Positions 21,337 to 31,699 of a DNA stretch of 64,000 nt are shown here, one piece after another. The first letter of the stretch is position 1. Every line of letters begins with the position of its first letter. Location: assembly GCA_934248075.1 (NCBI GenBank), contig CAKQKH010000004.1:12658-76657 (forward strand). Reading direction: 5' to 3'. The DNA comes from an uncultured Alphaproteobacteria bacterium. GTDB lineage: Bacteria; Pseudomonadota; Alphaproteobacteria; RF32; CAG-239. Both the position numbers and the translations under genes were made by a program. The notes below the pieces were generated by a model. The model worked only from the letters and a program-made list of their open reading frames with translations, searched no databases and was not told the DNA's origin.

Positions 21337-21546
21337 TTAGTTTTTGAAATTGTGGGTGCCATGAGTAGTTTTCATAATACTGTTGGCAAAAGATTTTTTG
21401 GCGGCATAGGTCATAAACAGCGGTTCTTCCATTTTCAGCGCGCCCAATGTTTCTTCCAGCGCCTCGAAGCTCTGATAAATTTTACTCACCAAAGACAGAT
21501 TATCTTCAACAATATCATATAGCATCATAGGTTTGTTTGCGTTCAT
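21337..21546 (-). CDS. Small hypothetical protein (69 aa)
   Basis: A strong RBS (agggagga) lies about 7 nt upstream of the ATG at 21546. No recognisable motif. The 3' end abuts the repeat field. Confidence 0.4.
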   Translation of the reverse strand: MNANKPMMLYDIVEDNLSLVSKIYQSFEALEETLGALKMEEPLFMTYAAKKSFANSIMKTTHGTHNFKN

Positions 21547-21676
21547 ATCTGTATCCTCCCTGATTAAAAATTGATTCAGGCACTGTTCTGGTGGCTGATA
21601 CAGGTATTATAGCCGGATATTTTTAATTGAAAAGCCGGCTAAATTCTGACCGATCAATCGAAAATTTCGTACATAG

Positions 21677-22246
21677 TTAGGCGTGGCCAGAAAAATCTGA
21701 CAAATGCACCGGATCAATCCCCAGACTGGTCAGAGCCGCGCCCCATTTTTCATCGTCTTTGGTACGGAATACCAGTTCCGGGCTGGCCGGAGCCACCAGC
21801 CAATAGTTATTGATAATTTCTTTTTCCAGCTGTTGCGGCGCCCAGTTTGCATAGCCCAAAGCAATCAGATTTTCGCGCGGCCCCACCCCAAAAGCGATAT
21901 CGGTCAAAATCCCCATTGAAGAAGATATGGCGATTCCGCCGCCCGGAGCAATACTGTCATCGCGCAAATAATCAGTTGAGTGCAGCACAAATCCGCGCAC
22001 TTTGTCCAAAGGGCCGCCGCAATACAAGTCAATCGGCGCCACAGGGCGCGAGGTGTCAATCGGCAGCTGCATAGCCAAATCGGCAAAAGAAAATTCCTTG
22101 ATTCTTTTATTAATCACAAACCCCATGGCGCCGTCTTTTGTGTGCGAGCATACATAAATGACCGCTTTTTCAAATTGTTCGTCCGCCATATTGGAGGTTG
22201 AAATCAGGCACTTGCCCGCAAAAGAATATTTAGCGTCTTTTTCCAT
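21677..22246 (-). CDS. YqgE/AlgH-family protein (UPF0301)
   Basis: ...FEKAVIYVCSHTKDGAMGFVINK...GGPLDKVRGFVLHS...GYANWAPQQLEKE. The start is trimmed to MEKDAKY. Confidence 0.85.
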   Translation of the reverse strand: MEKDAKYSFAGKCLISTSNMADEQFEKAVIYVCSHTKDGAMGFVINKRIKEFSFADLAMQLPIDTSRPVAPIDLYCGGPLDKVRGFVLHSTDYLRDDSIAPGGGIAISSSMGILTDIAFGVGPRENLIALGYANWAPQQLEKEIINNYWLVAPASPELVFRTKDDEKWGAALTSLGIDPVHLSDFSGHA

Positions 22247-22336
22247 CTTATTCCCATATCCACAAACACAATACTTGTATTCTAGCACAATATATCGTAA
22301 TTTAAAAACAAATTTTTTCACTTTGGCATAATATAT

Positions 22337-24982
22337 ATGTTGGATAAGATAAAATACATAGTCCTGACGATTTTTTTATTGTTGCCGGCGTTGGTGGCGG
22401 CGGCAGACGACGGTGGTCGCATAATTTTGGATTTGCAGGAAGACGAGCCTGTCGCCGAATATGATGTTCCGGCGCTATATCAGGAATATTTGCAAGAGCT
22501 TGATTATTTTGACAACAAATACTCGGGCGCTGACATTTATGAAAACTTCACTGACGACGTTGCGGCTTTGCACCCTGATTACACTACCAAACAGGCGCAG
22601 GCCCGCGCCGGATTTTTGCGTTTGAGCGTTCGCGCCCGCCGCACATATCGTTTTTTGCTGCATGAGCTGCAAGAGTTTATGCTAAAAAATGACATTCCGC
22701 TGCGTTTTGCCGATGAAGAATATGAAATGGGGCAGCCGGAGGAATATCAACCGACTGACAAGCCGTTGGTTATCAAAAAATTCAAAAAAGCCATTGCTTA
22801 TTCCGATTCGCCGCAAGATCAAGCCGCCATTGCCGATAAACTGGCTCGAGACGCCGGCCGCGTCACTCCGTATGAGCGCAAACAGTTGCTCAAAAAAGCT
22901 CTGCTCCGTCGTGATTGGAAGACACTGATATCTTATGGCTTGTTTGACGGTAAAGATTTTGAGGATAAGCGCGGGGTTGGCGAGTGGGTAAAAACACCAG
23001 AATTGCAGGCCAGATTGTTGACCCGAAGCAAGAATCTCGGCGGTGAGGTTAAAGTCAGCGGCGCTTTGCAGCTATATATTGTTCCCGGCTGGTTTTTGTT
23101 GGAGCGTGAATATCAAGGACATTCCGGTGTCAAAACAGATTTTGCCGCCTCTGCAAATCTGCAAGATATTCGGCTCAACTGGCCTCTGCCCAAGCGTTAT
23201 TACAGCCGCCGGCAAAGTTTTACCGGCTATGTCGGACTGATAACGATACCTTTTGATTTGGATATTGCCGATTCGGCGCAGCCTCTGCAATTACGCTCGC
23301 TTGTCAACGCCAACCTTTGCAATGATGCGCAAGGTTGTCGCAATGTGGTTTTGCGGCCGCAATTAGAGTTGCTGTCCGGCACAGCGGAAGAGCCGTCGCG
23401 AGTGGCGGTGGCTTTGGATTTGTTGCAAAATCAAGCTCCAAAATATCCAAATTCAAAATTGCGGTTGAAACGCTTGGTGGTTGAAGACGGGAAGATTCCG
23501 GTTTTGCGGTTGGAGGCTGAAGCCGCGCGCAAAGCCGACAAGTTTGATGCCTTTATTGAGGGTGAGGGGCCGGAAGAATTTGCGCCGCCGCTGGTTAGTC
23601 TCAATGGCGCCGATATTGAGGCGCGTTTTGTGCCTTATCATGGCGATGCCGATCTGGTTGGCCGCAAGTTTACAATTTCCGCCGGAATTGCCGGTGATAT
23701 ATCCACCCGTCAGGAGCTGACCGCGGAATCTGAATCTTTGGCGCAAGCTTCTCGTGGCGGCTTCAGTCTGCGGTTGTTGTGGTGGGCTTTGGCCGGCGGT
23801 TTGTTGCTCAATTTTGTGTCCGGCGCATTTTCTGTGCTGGCGTTGAGAATTATATCGTTGCTTCAGTTTGGCGCGCCAGATACAGCGCAGGTTCGGCGTG
23901 ATTTTGCGGCCAATGTCGCCGGCATCATGACCGCGGCGGCTTTATTGCTGGGGATTATTCTGTCCGCCAAACATTTCGGCTGTGCAGTTGGTTGGGGCAT
24001 GCAATTTGCTTGGCTTGGATTCATTGTGTTTATGTTTTTGATAATTTTCATGCTGATTAGCGTTTGGCGCGGCCTGTTGCCGAGCCTGACAATCGGCAGT
24101 GACATCATCTTGCCGGCCAAGCGTCGTTTAATACTGCAATTTGGTTGCGGAGTACTGGCCGTTAGTCTGGCTTTGTTTTGTCCTTCTTTGTATATAAAAG
24201 CGGCGTTTAGTCAGGTTTTGCCGGCCTCTTCAATTGAGATTGCCGTAATAATGTTTTTGGCCGCATTAGGTTTGTCCGCGCCATATCTGTTGTTTGTGGC
24301 TGTTCCCTCAATGGCTTGCTATCTGCCGTTTCCGGGGCGCTGGCTGCGCTGGCTGAAAAAATTGGCGTTGTTGGCGTTATGGTTAACTCTGGGGTGGCTG
24401 GCGTTGTTGTTGGCTTTGCAATGCGGCGCCGGAATTCTGTGGCGTTTGGCGTTGTTATTGGTTGTTCTCCGTCTGATGTTGTATTTTCGCCGTTTGGTGT
24501 TTGAGAGCTTAGATGAAACTTCCTCTGAGCCGCAAATTTGCCGCATTGTGAGTCTCACACTCAATATCATCACCGTGGCGTGTCTGCTCGCGTTATTTGG
24601 GCTGGGTTGGCGCTGGGCCGATTCTCTCGCCGATATTCGCTCTGACGAGTTCAATCAAAAAAAATTGCAAACGCTGGTTCAGCAGGGAGAAACCGTCTTG
24701 CTCAAGGTTGAGGCCGATTGGTGTCTGGCGTGTCGATATAATGACTTTGTTGCTTTTGAAGCTCCGCAGGTGCAAAAACTGCTCGCAGACAAGCGCATTG
24801 CGGTCATTACCGTCAACAAAGGACAATATAATCCTGAGCTGGTGCGGCTCATGCAAAAATTCGGCCGTCACAATATACCATTTTATATGGTGTTCGCGCC
24901 CAATCTGCCAGATGGCGTGGCATTGCCGCGTTTTCCGACAGAGCTGGAATTGCGCAATATTTTTGAATATCTCAAGCCTTAG
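22337..24982 (+). CDS. DsbD/ScsB-like thiol:disulfide interchange membrane protein with a long N-terminal periplasmic extension
   Basis: Signal peptide, a C-x5-C pair (CNDAQGC), a multi-TM core with a GWGMQF motif, and a C-terminal thioredoxin-like WCLAC. Confidence 0.75.
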   Translation: MLDKIKYIVLTIFLLLPALVAAADDGGRIILDLQEDEPVAEYDVPALYQEYLQELDYFDNKYSGADIYENFTDDVAALHPDYTTKQAQARAGFLRLSVRARRTYRFLLHELQEFMLKNDIPLRFADEEYEMGQPEEYQPTDKPLVIKKFKKAIAYSDSPQDQAAIADKLARDAGRVTPYERKQLLKKALLRRDWKTLISYGLFDGKDFEDKRGVGEWVKTPELQARLLTRSKNLGGEVKVSGALQLYIVPGWFLLEREYQGHSGVKTDFAASANLQDIRLNWPLPKRYYSRRQSFTGYVGLITIPFDLDIADSAQPLQLRSLVNANLCNDAQGCRNVVLRPQLELLSGTAEEPSRVAVALDLLQNQAPKYPNSKLRLKRLVVEDGKIPVLRLEAEAARKADKFDAFIEGEGPEEFAPPLVSLNGADIEARFVPYHGDADLVGRKFTISAGIAGDISTRQELTAESESLAQASRGGFSLRLLWWALAGGLLLNFVSGAFSVLALRIISLLQFGAPDTAQVRRDFAANVAGIMTAAALLLGIILSAKHFGCAVGWGMQFAWLGFIVFMFLIIFMLISVWRGLLPSLTIGSDIILPAKRRLILQFGCGVLAVSLALFCPSLYIKAAFSQVLPASSIEIAVIMFLAALGLSAPYLLFVAVPSMACYLPFPGRWLRWLKKLALLALWLTLGWLALLLALQCGAGILWRLALLLVVLRLMLYFRRLVFESLDETSSEPQICRIVSLTLNIITVACLLALFGLGWRWADSLADIRSDEFNQKKLQTLVQQGETVLLKVEADWCLACRYNDFVAFEAPQVQKLLADKRIAVITVNKGQYNPELVRLMQKFGRHNIPFYMVFAPNLPDGVALPRFPTELELRNIFEYLKP

Positions 24983-25421
24983 CTTGCAAGTGGATTTTAG
25001 CTTGTTCGCGAGCCAGCTGGTCAACTCTTTCATTTTCGGGGTGTCCGTTATGCCCCTTGACCCATATCCATTTTATCTTATGCAATGGCAGCAGAGTGTC
25101 CAGTTCTTGCCACAAGTCAATATTTTTGACGGCGGATTTTTTGTTGGTGGTTTTCCAGCCGTTATTTTTCCAGTTTGGCAACCATTGATTAACGCCGTCC
25201 ATCACATAGCGGCTGTCGGTGTAAAGGGTGATATTGCAGGCTTTCTTAAGCGCTTTAAGCGCCGATATAACTGCTTGCAGTTCCATACGGTTGTTGGTGG
25301 TGTCGGCTTCTCCGCCCGAGAGTTCTTTTTCGATATTGCCGCTGCGCAAAATAACGCCCCAGCCGCCGGCGCCGGGGTTGCCGGAGCAAGCTCCGTCCGT
25401 AAAAATTTCAACTTCCGGCAT
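24972..25421 (-). CDS. rnhA: Ribonuclease HI
   Basis: [25 protein letters not shown] and [13 protein letters not shown]. The start ATG at 25421 overlaps the upstream stop by 1 nt (TGATG). Confidence 0.9.
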   Translation of the reverse strand: MPEVEIFTDGACSGNPGAGGWGVILRSGNIEKELSGGEADTTNNRMELQAVISALKALKKACNITLYTDSRYVMDGVNQWLPNWKNNGWKTTNKKSAVKNIDLWQELDTLLPLHKIKWIWVKGHNGHPENERVDQLAREQAKIHLQAKA

Positions 25422-26488
25422 CAAAACTCTCCGCACACATATTCATTAAAAAATTCATTCAGCAGCATAGCGTCGTTTTCTTCCCCGCGGATAACCTTGG
25501 CCACATAAGAGCGAAGTTTGTTTTTGGGAATATAAATCCGAAAATCTCGCGGCGCGGCCTTGTCGGCGCCAATAACGCCCTCAAGTTTAAAATCATCATC
25601 AATATAAGGCGACAATATAATTTCCACATTGCAAAAGCGAATGATTCCCCGCGGCGGCAGGCGCAGTTCCGGACGAGTGATGATATTCAGCTGGCCGTCA
25701 ATTCCGGGGATTGAGTCCATTTGGTTATAGTTAGCAAAACGCACTTTATTATACTCGCCGCCGTTTTCAATCGTGCGGCAAGACAAATACAGCTCGCGGG
25801 CAATAACGTTACTGCTGTTGGAGGCCTGCAAGGCAAAAGATATTTTCACATACTGCTCCGGAGGATTGTCAATACTGTTAGGATAGAGCATATCCTCGTC
25901 AACATTTTCCAGCGCCTCGATTTTGCGATCGCCCATCAAAAGCTCAATATTCGGCTGTGGCGCCTTGCCAAACATTCCGGCCACCACGGCGTAGGGAGCC
26001 GGCACGTTGTTGGAGCCGGAACGAATATATATACTGTTGGATCCGGTGGCCATCAGCGGCGCGATATCGCATTTTGGAATATAGGTTGCCACGAAACCGT
26101 CACCGTTTTGATCAATACTGACAATATGGTTGCGCACTTTATTGTGGCTGGGAATTGTGCAGCCGGAAATGGCGTTTTCCAACCAGCTCAAAAAGCGATG
26201 CACGTTTTTGACCTTAACTTTGGCTTTAGCCACGTCTCCGACTTCCAAATCGCGGGAGCATTCCACTCCCCACAGCACCACGCCGCCCTCGGAGTTGCCA
26301 AAGCCGGAAATCGCCTTAGACAAGTTTTTGCGGTCATCACGATGCAGCGTGTTAAAATTTTTGCCGTCTGACACCGCTTGCTTAAAATCCAGAAACAACT
26401 CTTCGGTTTGGCGGTTTAAGATAAATTCATCAATTGCGTCCTCACCAAAATAAATCAGTTTCTGAAAAATATCTTCCGCACGAGACAT
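25421..26488 (-). CDS. Schlafen/AlbA_2-domain protein with an uncharacterised C-terminal domain
   Basis: The N-terminus EELFLDFKQ...[21 protein letters not shown]...IYIRSGSNN matches the AlbA_2 (PF04326-type) pattern. GGAG lies 9-12 nt upstream of ATG 26488. Confidence 0.65.
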   Translation of the reverse strand: MSRAEDIFQKLIYFGEDAIDEFILNRQTEELFLDFKQAVSDGKNFNTLHRDDRKNLSKAISGFGNSEGGVVLWGVECSRDLEVGDVAKAKVKVKNVHRFLSWLENAISGCTIPSHNKVRNHIVSIDQNGDGFVATYIPKCDIAPLMATGSNSIYIRSGSNNVPAPYAVVAGMFGKAPQPNIELLMGDRKIEALENVDEDMLYPNSIDNPPEQYVKISFALQASNSSNVIARELYLSCRTIENGGEYNKVRFANYNQMDSIPGIDGQLNIITRPELRLPPRGIIRFCNVEIILSPYIDDDFKLEGVIGADKAAPRDFRIYIPKNKLRSYVAKVIRGEENDAMLLNEFFNEYVCGEF

Positions 26489-26502
26489 CGCCGCCACTCC
26501 GT

Positions 26503-27765
26503 TTAGAGGTTTAACAGTTGTTTGAGTTTATCATACTCCAGATGGTTTTCAATCGCTCCCACCAGATTATAAGTCGAATTAGTGGCGAATATCTTCTGAG
26601 CCAGCGTCAAAATTCCCTCGCGGCTGACATTTTCGATTCTTTCCACCATTTCCTTCACCGGAATAATCCGGTTATATATCAGCATTTGCCGCGCCAACAT
26701 TTCCGCAGTTGCCGACGGACTTTCCAGCGCCATCAGCATATTGGCCTTAAGTTGGGTTTTGGCGCGTTGCAATTCTTTTTCGGTTACCAAATCGGTGCGC
26801 AGTTTATTAATCTCGGTAGTAATCACCGGCATCAGGTTTTTCACGTCTTTGGCGTCGGTTCCGGCATAAATTGCAAAAACACCGTTTTGGGTATGCGCCG
26901 CCGTAAAACTATACACCGTGTAGGCCAGCCCGCGTTTTTCGCGCACTTCCTGAAACAGGCGCGAGGTCATGCCGCCGCCAAACAGGCTCGACATGATAAC
27001 GCAGGTGTAATAATCCTCGGTTTTATAGGGCAAACCTCTAAAGCCCAACACCATATGCGCTTGCTCAATCGGTCTGGCCTCGCTGGAATATCCGCCCACA
27101 TAAATCTGGGCTTCTTGAGTAAAATTGGTTTTCGGCTGAATTCCGCCCAGTCGTTTTTCCACCATTTTCACAAATTTGCTATGCTCAACATTACCCACGG
27201 CACAAACCACCATGTTTTCCGCCGCGTAATTGTTGCGCAAGTAGTTTTGCAGGGTTTCGCGGCCAAAAGAGCGCACATTTTGTTTTGTTCCCAAAATTGA
27301 GCGTCCGATTGCCTGATTCGGAAACGCCGCCTCCTGAAAATAGTCAAAAATAATATCATCAGGACTGTCAACAGTTTGTTTAATTTCCTGAATCACCACA
27401 TCACGCTCGCGTTTAATTTCTTCTTCCGGAAATGTGGAATTGCAAAGAGAATCCGCCAGCACGTCCAGCGCCAATTCCAGATCTCCTTTGAGCATTTTGG
27501 CATAATAGGCGGTAAACTCGCGCGCCGTATAGGCGTTAGATTGTCCGCCGGCGTCTTCAATTTCCTCGGATATTTGCAGAGCGGTGCGGGTTTTGGTGCC
27601 CTTAAAAGACATATGCTCCAAAAAGTGAGATATTCCGTTGGTTTCCGGAGTTTCGCACGCCGAGCCGGTCTTGACCCAAATACCGAGCGAAACACTCTCA
27701 AGCTGCGGAAAATTAGAAGTTATAATGCGTAGTCCGTTTTTTAAAGTTGTTATTTGTGACTGCAT
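26503..27765 (-). CDS. M16-family zinc peptidase (pitrilysin / processing-peptidase-like)
   Basis: Inverted zinc motif HFLEHMSFKGT and family-typical length. The start is trimmed to MQSQITTLKNG. Confidence 0.88.
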   Translation of the reverse strand: MQSQITTLKNGLRIITSNFPQLESVSLGIWVKTGSACETPETNGISHFLEHMSFKGTKTRTALQISEEIEDAGGQSNAYTAREFTAYYAKMLKGDLELALDVLADSLCNSTFPEEEIKRERDVVIQEIKQTVDSPDDIIFDYFQEAAFPNQAIGRSILGTKQNVRSFGRETLQNYLRNNYAAENMVVCAVGNVEHSKFVKMVEKRLGGIQPKTNFTQEAQIYVGGYSSEARPIEQAHMVLGFRGLPYKTEDYYTCVIMSSLFGGGMTSRLFQEVREKRGLAYTVYSFTAAHTQNGVFAIYAGTDAKDVKNLMPVITTEINKLRTDLVTEKELQRAKTQLKANMLMALESPSATAEMLARQMLIYNRIIPVKEMVERIENVSREGILTLAQKIFATNSTYNLVGAIENHLEYDKLKQLLNL

Positions 27766-27861
27766 TTTGGTTGCTTTCCCTTCATTAAAAAGTATATATA
27801 ATCTTATAAAGCTATATATTTGGTTTGACAACAGCTATTTTGTTTATGAAAGGATAAGTTT

Positions 27862-28548
27862 ATGCAGGATACAGCCCCTAAATTTGCGGTAGTACTCTCC
27901 GGCTGCGGAGTTTTTGACGGCTCAGAGATTCACGAGGCGGTTTGCGCCATGCTGGCCATAGAGCAGGCCGGATGCGTTTATCAGTGTTTTGCGCCCGACA
28001 CCTGGCAGGCCAGAACCATAGATCACTATACCGGCCACGCCGTTGCCATTGCCGGAGATGAAGATAACCGCAATGTTTTGGCCGAATCTGCCCGCATTGC
28101 CCGCGGCAATGTCAAAAATCTCAAAGAATTCAGCGCCCGTGATTATGATGCGATAATATTCCCCGGAGGTTTTGGCGCCGCGCTCAACTGGAGTGACTTT
28201 GCGGTCAAAGCTTCAGAATGCGATGTCAATGTAGAAGTTCGCCGCGCCATAGAAGAAAGCTATGCCCAAGGGCTGGTTATCGGCGCCATGTGCATTGCTC
28301 CGGTAGTCATCGCCAAAGTTTTGGGCAAAGACAAAGTTCATCTGACTGTCGGCAATGACCAGAAAGTTGCCGCCGGCTTGGCCAAAATGGGCGCGGTTGC
28401 CGAGGAAAGAGCCGCCACCGAAACCTGTGTTGACGAGGAGCATAAAATTGTCACCACGCCTTGCTACATGTTGGCCAAATCTCTGCCCGAGATTTATGAC
28501 GCCGCCCGCAATCTGGTTGACGAGATGCTGGAACTGATGGATTATTAA
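27862..28548 (+). CDS. elbB: ElbB-type DJ-1/PfpI-family glyoxalase
   Basis: KFAVVLSGCGVFDGSEIHEAV...IFPGGFGAA...GAMCIAP. Confidence 0.85.
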   Translation: MQDTAPKFAVVLSGCGVFDGSEIHEAVCAMLAIEQAGCVYQCFAPDTWQARTIDHYTGHAVAIAGDEDNRNVLAESARIARGNVKNLKEFSARDYDAIIFPGGFGAALNWSDFAVKASECDVNVEVRRAIEESYAQGLVIGAMCIAPVVIAKVLGKDKVHLTVGNDQKVAAGLAKMGAVAEERAATETCVDEEHKIVTTPCYMLAKSLPEIYDAARNLVDEMLELMDY

Positions 28549-28565
28549 TCCCTTTTATAGCCCCA

Positions 28566-28611
28566 AAAAACAACCCCCTGTTCCGAATTTCTTCGGAAAG
28601 GGGGTTATCTT
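28566..28611. terminator. Bidirectional hairpin terminator between elbB and the SPFH gene
   Basis: aaccccctgttccgaa-tttc-ttcggaaagggggtt, flanked by an A-run and a T-run. Confidence 0.7.
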
Positions 28612-29430
28612 TTACTTTGTTCCCAGATTAATCATCGGGACGCTGTTTCCCAGCATATACTGCGGGAGTTTTCCGTCCCATTTCTGGACAGCCTCATACT
28701 CGGTGAGGCCTTTGTTTTTAGAGAGAGCCTGAGATTTGATCTCCATCGCCTCAGCCTCTGCCTTAGCGGTGATGATCTTCTGCTCGGCTTCCTCCTTAAT
28801 GCGCATGGTATTGTTGACAGCCTTTTGCGCCTGCTGCTCAGCAATCACCTTGTCCTCAATAGCATCCTCGAACTTCTTGGAATAATCAACGTTTTTAAGT
28901 TGAAACGTTATATTTTGGAAGAATCTCGCATCAAGCTTCTCCTGCAGACCGGCAACCACAGCAACGCGAGCGTTGTCACGATTGCTGACCAGATCCTGTG
29001 CCTGCCATTTACCGACAACATTTTTCAATACGTCATTAAGGACAGGAATAATCTTCTTCGCTTCATAATCTTGTCCGACAGTCTCGTACAGCATATGAAC
29101 AGTTAGAGGATTTAGATTATATGTGAAAGTGTATTCCAGCTCCGCGGTCTGTACGTCAGAGGTATAGGTGGACGTTTTTTCCGTCATTTCTTGCGTGCGG
29201 ACATCCATCTCTACCATTGTAGATACGAACGGCCACTTAACGCCTACACCATTGACGTAGGACTTTTGAGCCACTTTCCCAAGTGTTATCAACACGCCTC
29301 GATGTCCTGGGGCGATAGAATAAATTGATGATATGATTGTTATCAGCACCACCAATGCTGCCACGCCAATGCCGATCCACTTAGCAACATTTTTTCCTGT
29401 CTTCTTTTCGCTTTCGTAGTAGTTTGCCAT
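28612..29430 (-). CDS. SPFH/prohibitin-family membrane protein
   Basis: N-terminal TM helix, then IAPGHRGVLITLGKV... and a band-7 core followed by a coiled-coil EQQAQKA...AEAEA. Confidence 0.85.
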   Translation of the reverse strand: MANYYESEKKTGKNVAKWIGIGVAALVVLITIISSIYSIAPGHRGVLITLGKVAQKSYVNGVGVKWPFVSTMVEMDVRTQEMTEKTSTYTSDVQTAELEYTFTYNLNPLTVHMLYETVGQDYEAKKIIPVLNDVLKNVVGKWQAQDLVSNRDNARVAVVAGLQEKLDARFFQNITFQLKNVDYSKKFEDAIEDKVIAEQQAQKAVNNTMRIKEEAEQKIITAKAEAEAMEIKSQALSKNKGLTEYEAVQKWDGKLPQYMLGNSVPMINLGTK

Positions 29431-29787
29431 ATTTTTTTAGTTTTTGGGAACTAGCATTATTTTACCAAAGAGTTGAAATTTCTGCTGCCATTTTTTATAA
29501 AACGAAATTTTTGATTCTAAACTGATCCCTGAAGTACGCAACTTCAAACCTTTGCAGGCGGGCGGTCCGCGATGACTCTTTATCAAAAAATTCTAATACT
29601 TTTAAGTATCCATAGAGATGTTAAAAATATTTTCATTATAAAATATGGGGCAACAACTAACAAAATAAATTTTGCCAATCAATCTATCGGTTATTTATAC
29701 TAATTCATTAATAATCCTTATTACGGATATTACAATAGCACATTTTTAGTTGCCGTGCAAGTGCAAAATTTGACAAAATAGAGAAAA

Positions 29788-30864
29788 TTATTTTTTTAGG
29801 GCGGTTTTAACCGCGCGCTCGGCCGAAAGCGCCGCGGTTTCCATGCAGCAGGGCAAGTCTTTCATGGTCCAGTCGCCGGCAATAAACACATTAGGATATC
29901 TGGTCAGGGCGTCTGTCGGGCGTTTATCGTTGGTCACGCTGTCCTGAGCAATGGTGGCATGCCGGTATTTCAGCACCTTAAACGGCGGCACAAAAGCCGA
30001 GTTGACTCCGCGCAATTTGTCCAGCTCGCCCCAAACTTTGCGCGCCAAATCCGCAAAATCCGTAATCTTGTCATCTGCCGCGGAGATCGTGATTGCCAAA
30101 ATATCTTCATTGACAAACGCCCAGTCGCCAATTCCCTGCAAAATTCCGACAAACGATGCGCCCTGCGGCAAAAAAATCTTTTGCGATGTATGGTAAAAAA
30201 TATTGATAATGCTGTTATGCGGCAGTTCTTCGGTTCCCAATAGTTTGGCGCAGTTGCGATTATCCAGCGCCACAATAACCTTATCATCGGCGCCGATTTC
30301 CACCACGCCGTTGTTAAAATTAAGCTGCGCCGCGCGGCCAAATTGGGTTTCGATTTTCAAAAGTTTGCTATTGAGCCGCACTTCATCGGCATAAGCCGCC
30401 AGCACGTTTATAATCCGCTGGTTCAAATCCTGTTTAGAAAAATAAACTTTGCGCTGATTTTTTGTCCAAGGAAAAGTCCGGCGCAATATCTTTTTGCCAA
30501 TAATCGGAGCGATGTCTTGAGCCTGAGTGTTGCAGCATGATTTCAGAATATGCCCCAGCGCCGGCAACAATTTGTTATCGCAGGTTTCTTTGGCGGCATT
30601 CCAAAAAAAATGTGTCAGACACCATTCGCCGTCTTTCACAAACTTGCGCATTTTTTTGTTGGCGCCGATAATCACATGGGTGGCGTTGTCCAAAGCGTGG
30701 CCGAACTCCTCGTCCCAATAAGACCGACAGCGCCCGCCGATGTTCTCGCCAGCCTCATAAACAACCGTGCGGATTCGCGGGTGTTTCTGTTTTAGCAGGT
30801 AGGCGCAATACAACCCCGCAATCCCGCCGCCGATAATATGATAAGTTATCGGTTTAGCGTTCAT
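29788..30864 (-). CDS. hpnE: FAD-dependent hydroxysqualene dehydroxylase (HpnE-like amine-oxidase fold)
   Basis: GGGIAGLYCAY dinucleotide motif, a C-terminal FIAGDWT, and a position immediately after hpnC-hpnD. Confidence 0.75.
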   Translation of the reverse strand: MNAKPITYHIIGGGIAGLYCAYLLKQKHPRIRTVVYEAGENIGGRCRSYWDEEFGHALDNATHVIIGANKKMRKFVKDGEWCLTHFFWNAAKETCDNKLLPALGHILKSCCNTQAQDIAPIIGKKILRRTFPWTKNQRKVYFSKQDLNQRIINVLAAYADEVRLNSKLLKIETQFGRAAQLNFNNGVVEIGADDKVIVALDNRNCAKLLGTEELPHNSIINIFYHTSQKIFLPQGASFVGILQGIGDWAFVNEDILAITISAADDKITDFADLARKVWGELDKLRGVNSAFVPPFKVLKYRHATIAQDSVTNDKRPTDALTRYPNVFIAGDWTMKDLPCCMETAALSAERAVKTALKK

Positions 30865-30865
30865 C

Positions 30866-31699
30866 TCATTTCCCCAGCCAGGCTTTTATAATCAAGCAAA
30901 GTTTGGTTGGTTTGTTAATTCGCGGCTTAGGAGATATAACCTCCCAGCCGCGGTTTTGCATAATGTCAAAATAGCGCCGATAAATATAGGCAATCATTTT
31001 AATTTGTTTGGCCGTCTGTTTGGGCAATAGTTTAATTTTTTCAAAAGCCAATTTATAGTCGCCGTCAGCCAGTCGCGCCAGTTCCTCGCGTGCGATTGCC
31101 AAATTTTTGTCGCGCAAAACCTGTTCCGGATTGCGAGATGTAATGCCGGCGTTTTGCAACATTTCGGCGGGAATATATATCCGCTGAGCTTGCGCGTCTT
31201 CCTTAACATCGCGCAAAATATTGGTGATTTGCAATGCCCGCCCCAGAGAGCTTGATAATTCTTCAATCAATGTTTCGTCGTCGCAGCCAAAAATCCGCAG
31301 TGTCAGTTTCCCAGGCACACCGGCCACCCCGCGGCAATAGCGATTAAACGTGTCCATATCCGGCGCTTGCAGCGGTTGCGGCAAATCCATAGAAATGCTA
31401 TCAATCAACTGCACAAACTCTGCTTTGGGCAGCTTAAAACGCATACAATTTTTATAAATCCGGCGGCCGATTTCCGTGGTCGGCACTTTTTTGTCATAGA
31501 TATTATCCAATTCTTGCCGCCAGGCTTTCAGCAGTTCCAATTTTTCTTTGGTGGGCGTGTTGCCATCGACAATGTCGTCAATATGGCGGCAAAAGGCATA
31601 AATCGTGTACATCGCCTGACGTTTGGCAAATGGCAACAACCGAAGACTCCAAAAAAACGAAGTTCCGGATTTTTTGACCATCTTTTTTATACTGTCCAT
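30866..31699 (-). CDS. hpnD: Presqualene diphosphate synthase (squalene/phytoene synthase family)
   Basis: SGTSFFWSLRLLP..RQAMYTIYAFCRHIDDIVDG and a second Asp-rich region. The start could be 31699 or 31774. Confidence 0.82.
   Translation of the reverse strand: MDSIKKMVKKSGTSFFWSLRLLPFAKRQAMYTIYAFCRHIDDIVDGNTPTKEKLELLKAWRQELDNIYDKKVPTTEIGRRIYKNCMRFKLPKAEFVQLIDSISMDLPQPLQAPDMDTFNRYCRGVAGVPGKLTLRIFGCDDETLIEELSSSLGRALQITNILRDVKEDAQAQRIYIPAEMLQNAGITSRNPEQVLRDKNLAIAREELARLADGDYKLAFEKIKLLPKQTAKQIKMIAYIYRRYFDIMQNRGWEVISPKPRINKPTKLCLIIKAWLGK

Noticed and set aside
21139-21522. 127-aa ORF containing MDCFGSLALTLAMT, with a similar 73-aa ORF at 62635-62856 (MDCFSRLAAVRAMT).
   Set aside because: The reading frames run through dispersed palindromic repeat modules. 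The shared peptide comes from the repeat, there is no RBS, and the 21139 ORF also overlaps the better-supported minus-strand small ORF.
24597-25508. 303-aa plus-strand ORF spanning the end of the DsbD-like gene and rnhA.
   Set aside because: It overlaps two well-supported genes, including antisense to rnhA, and has no motif.
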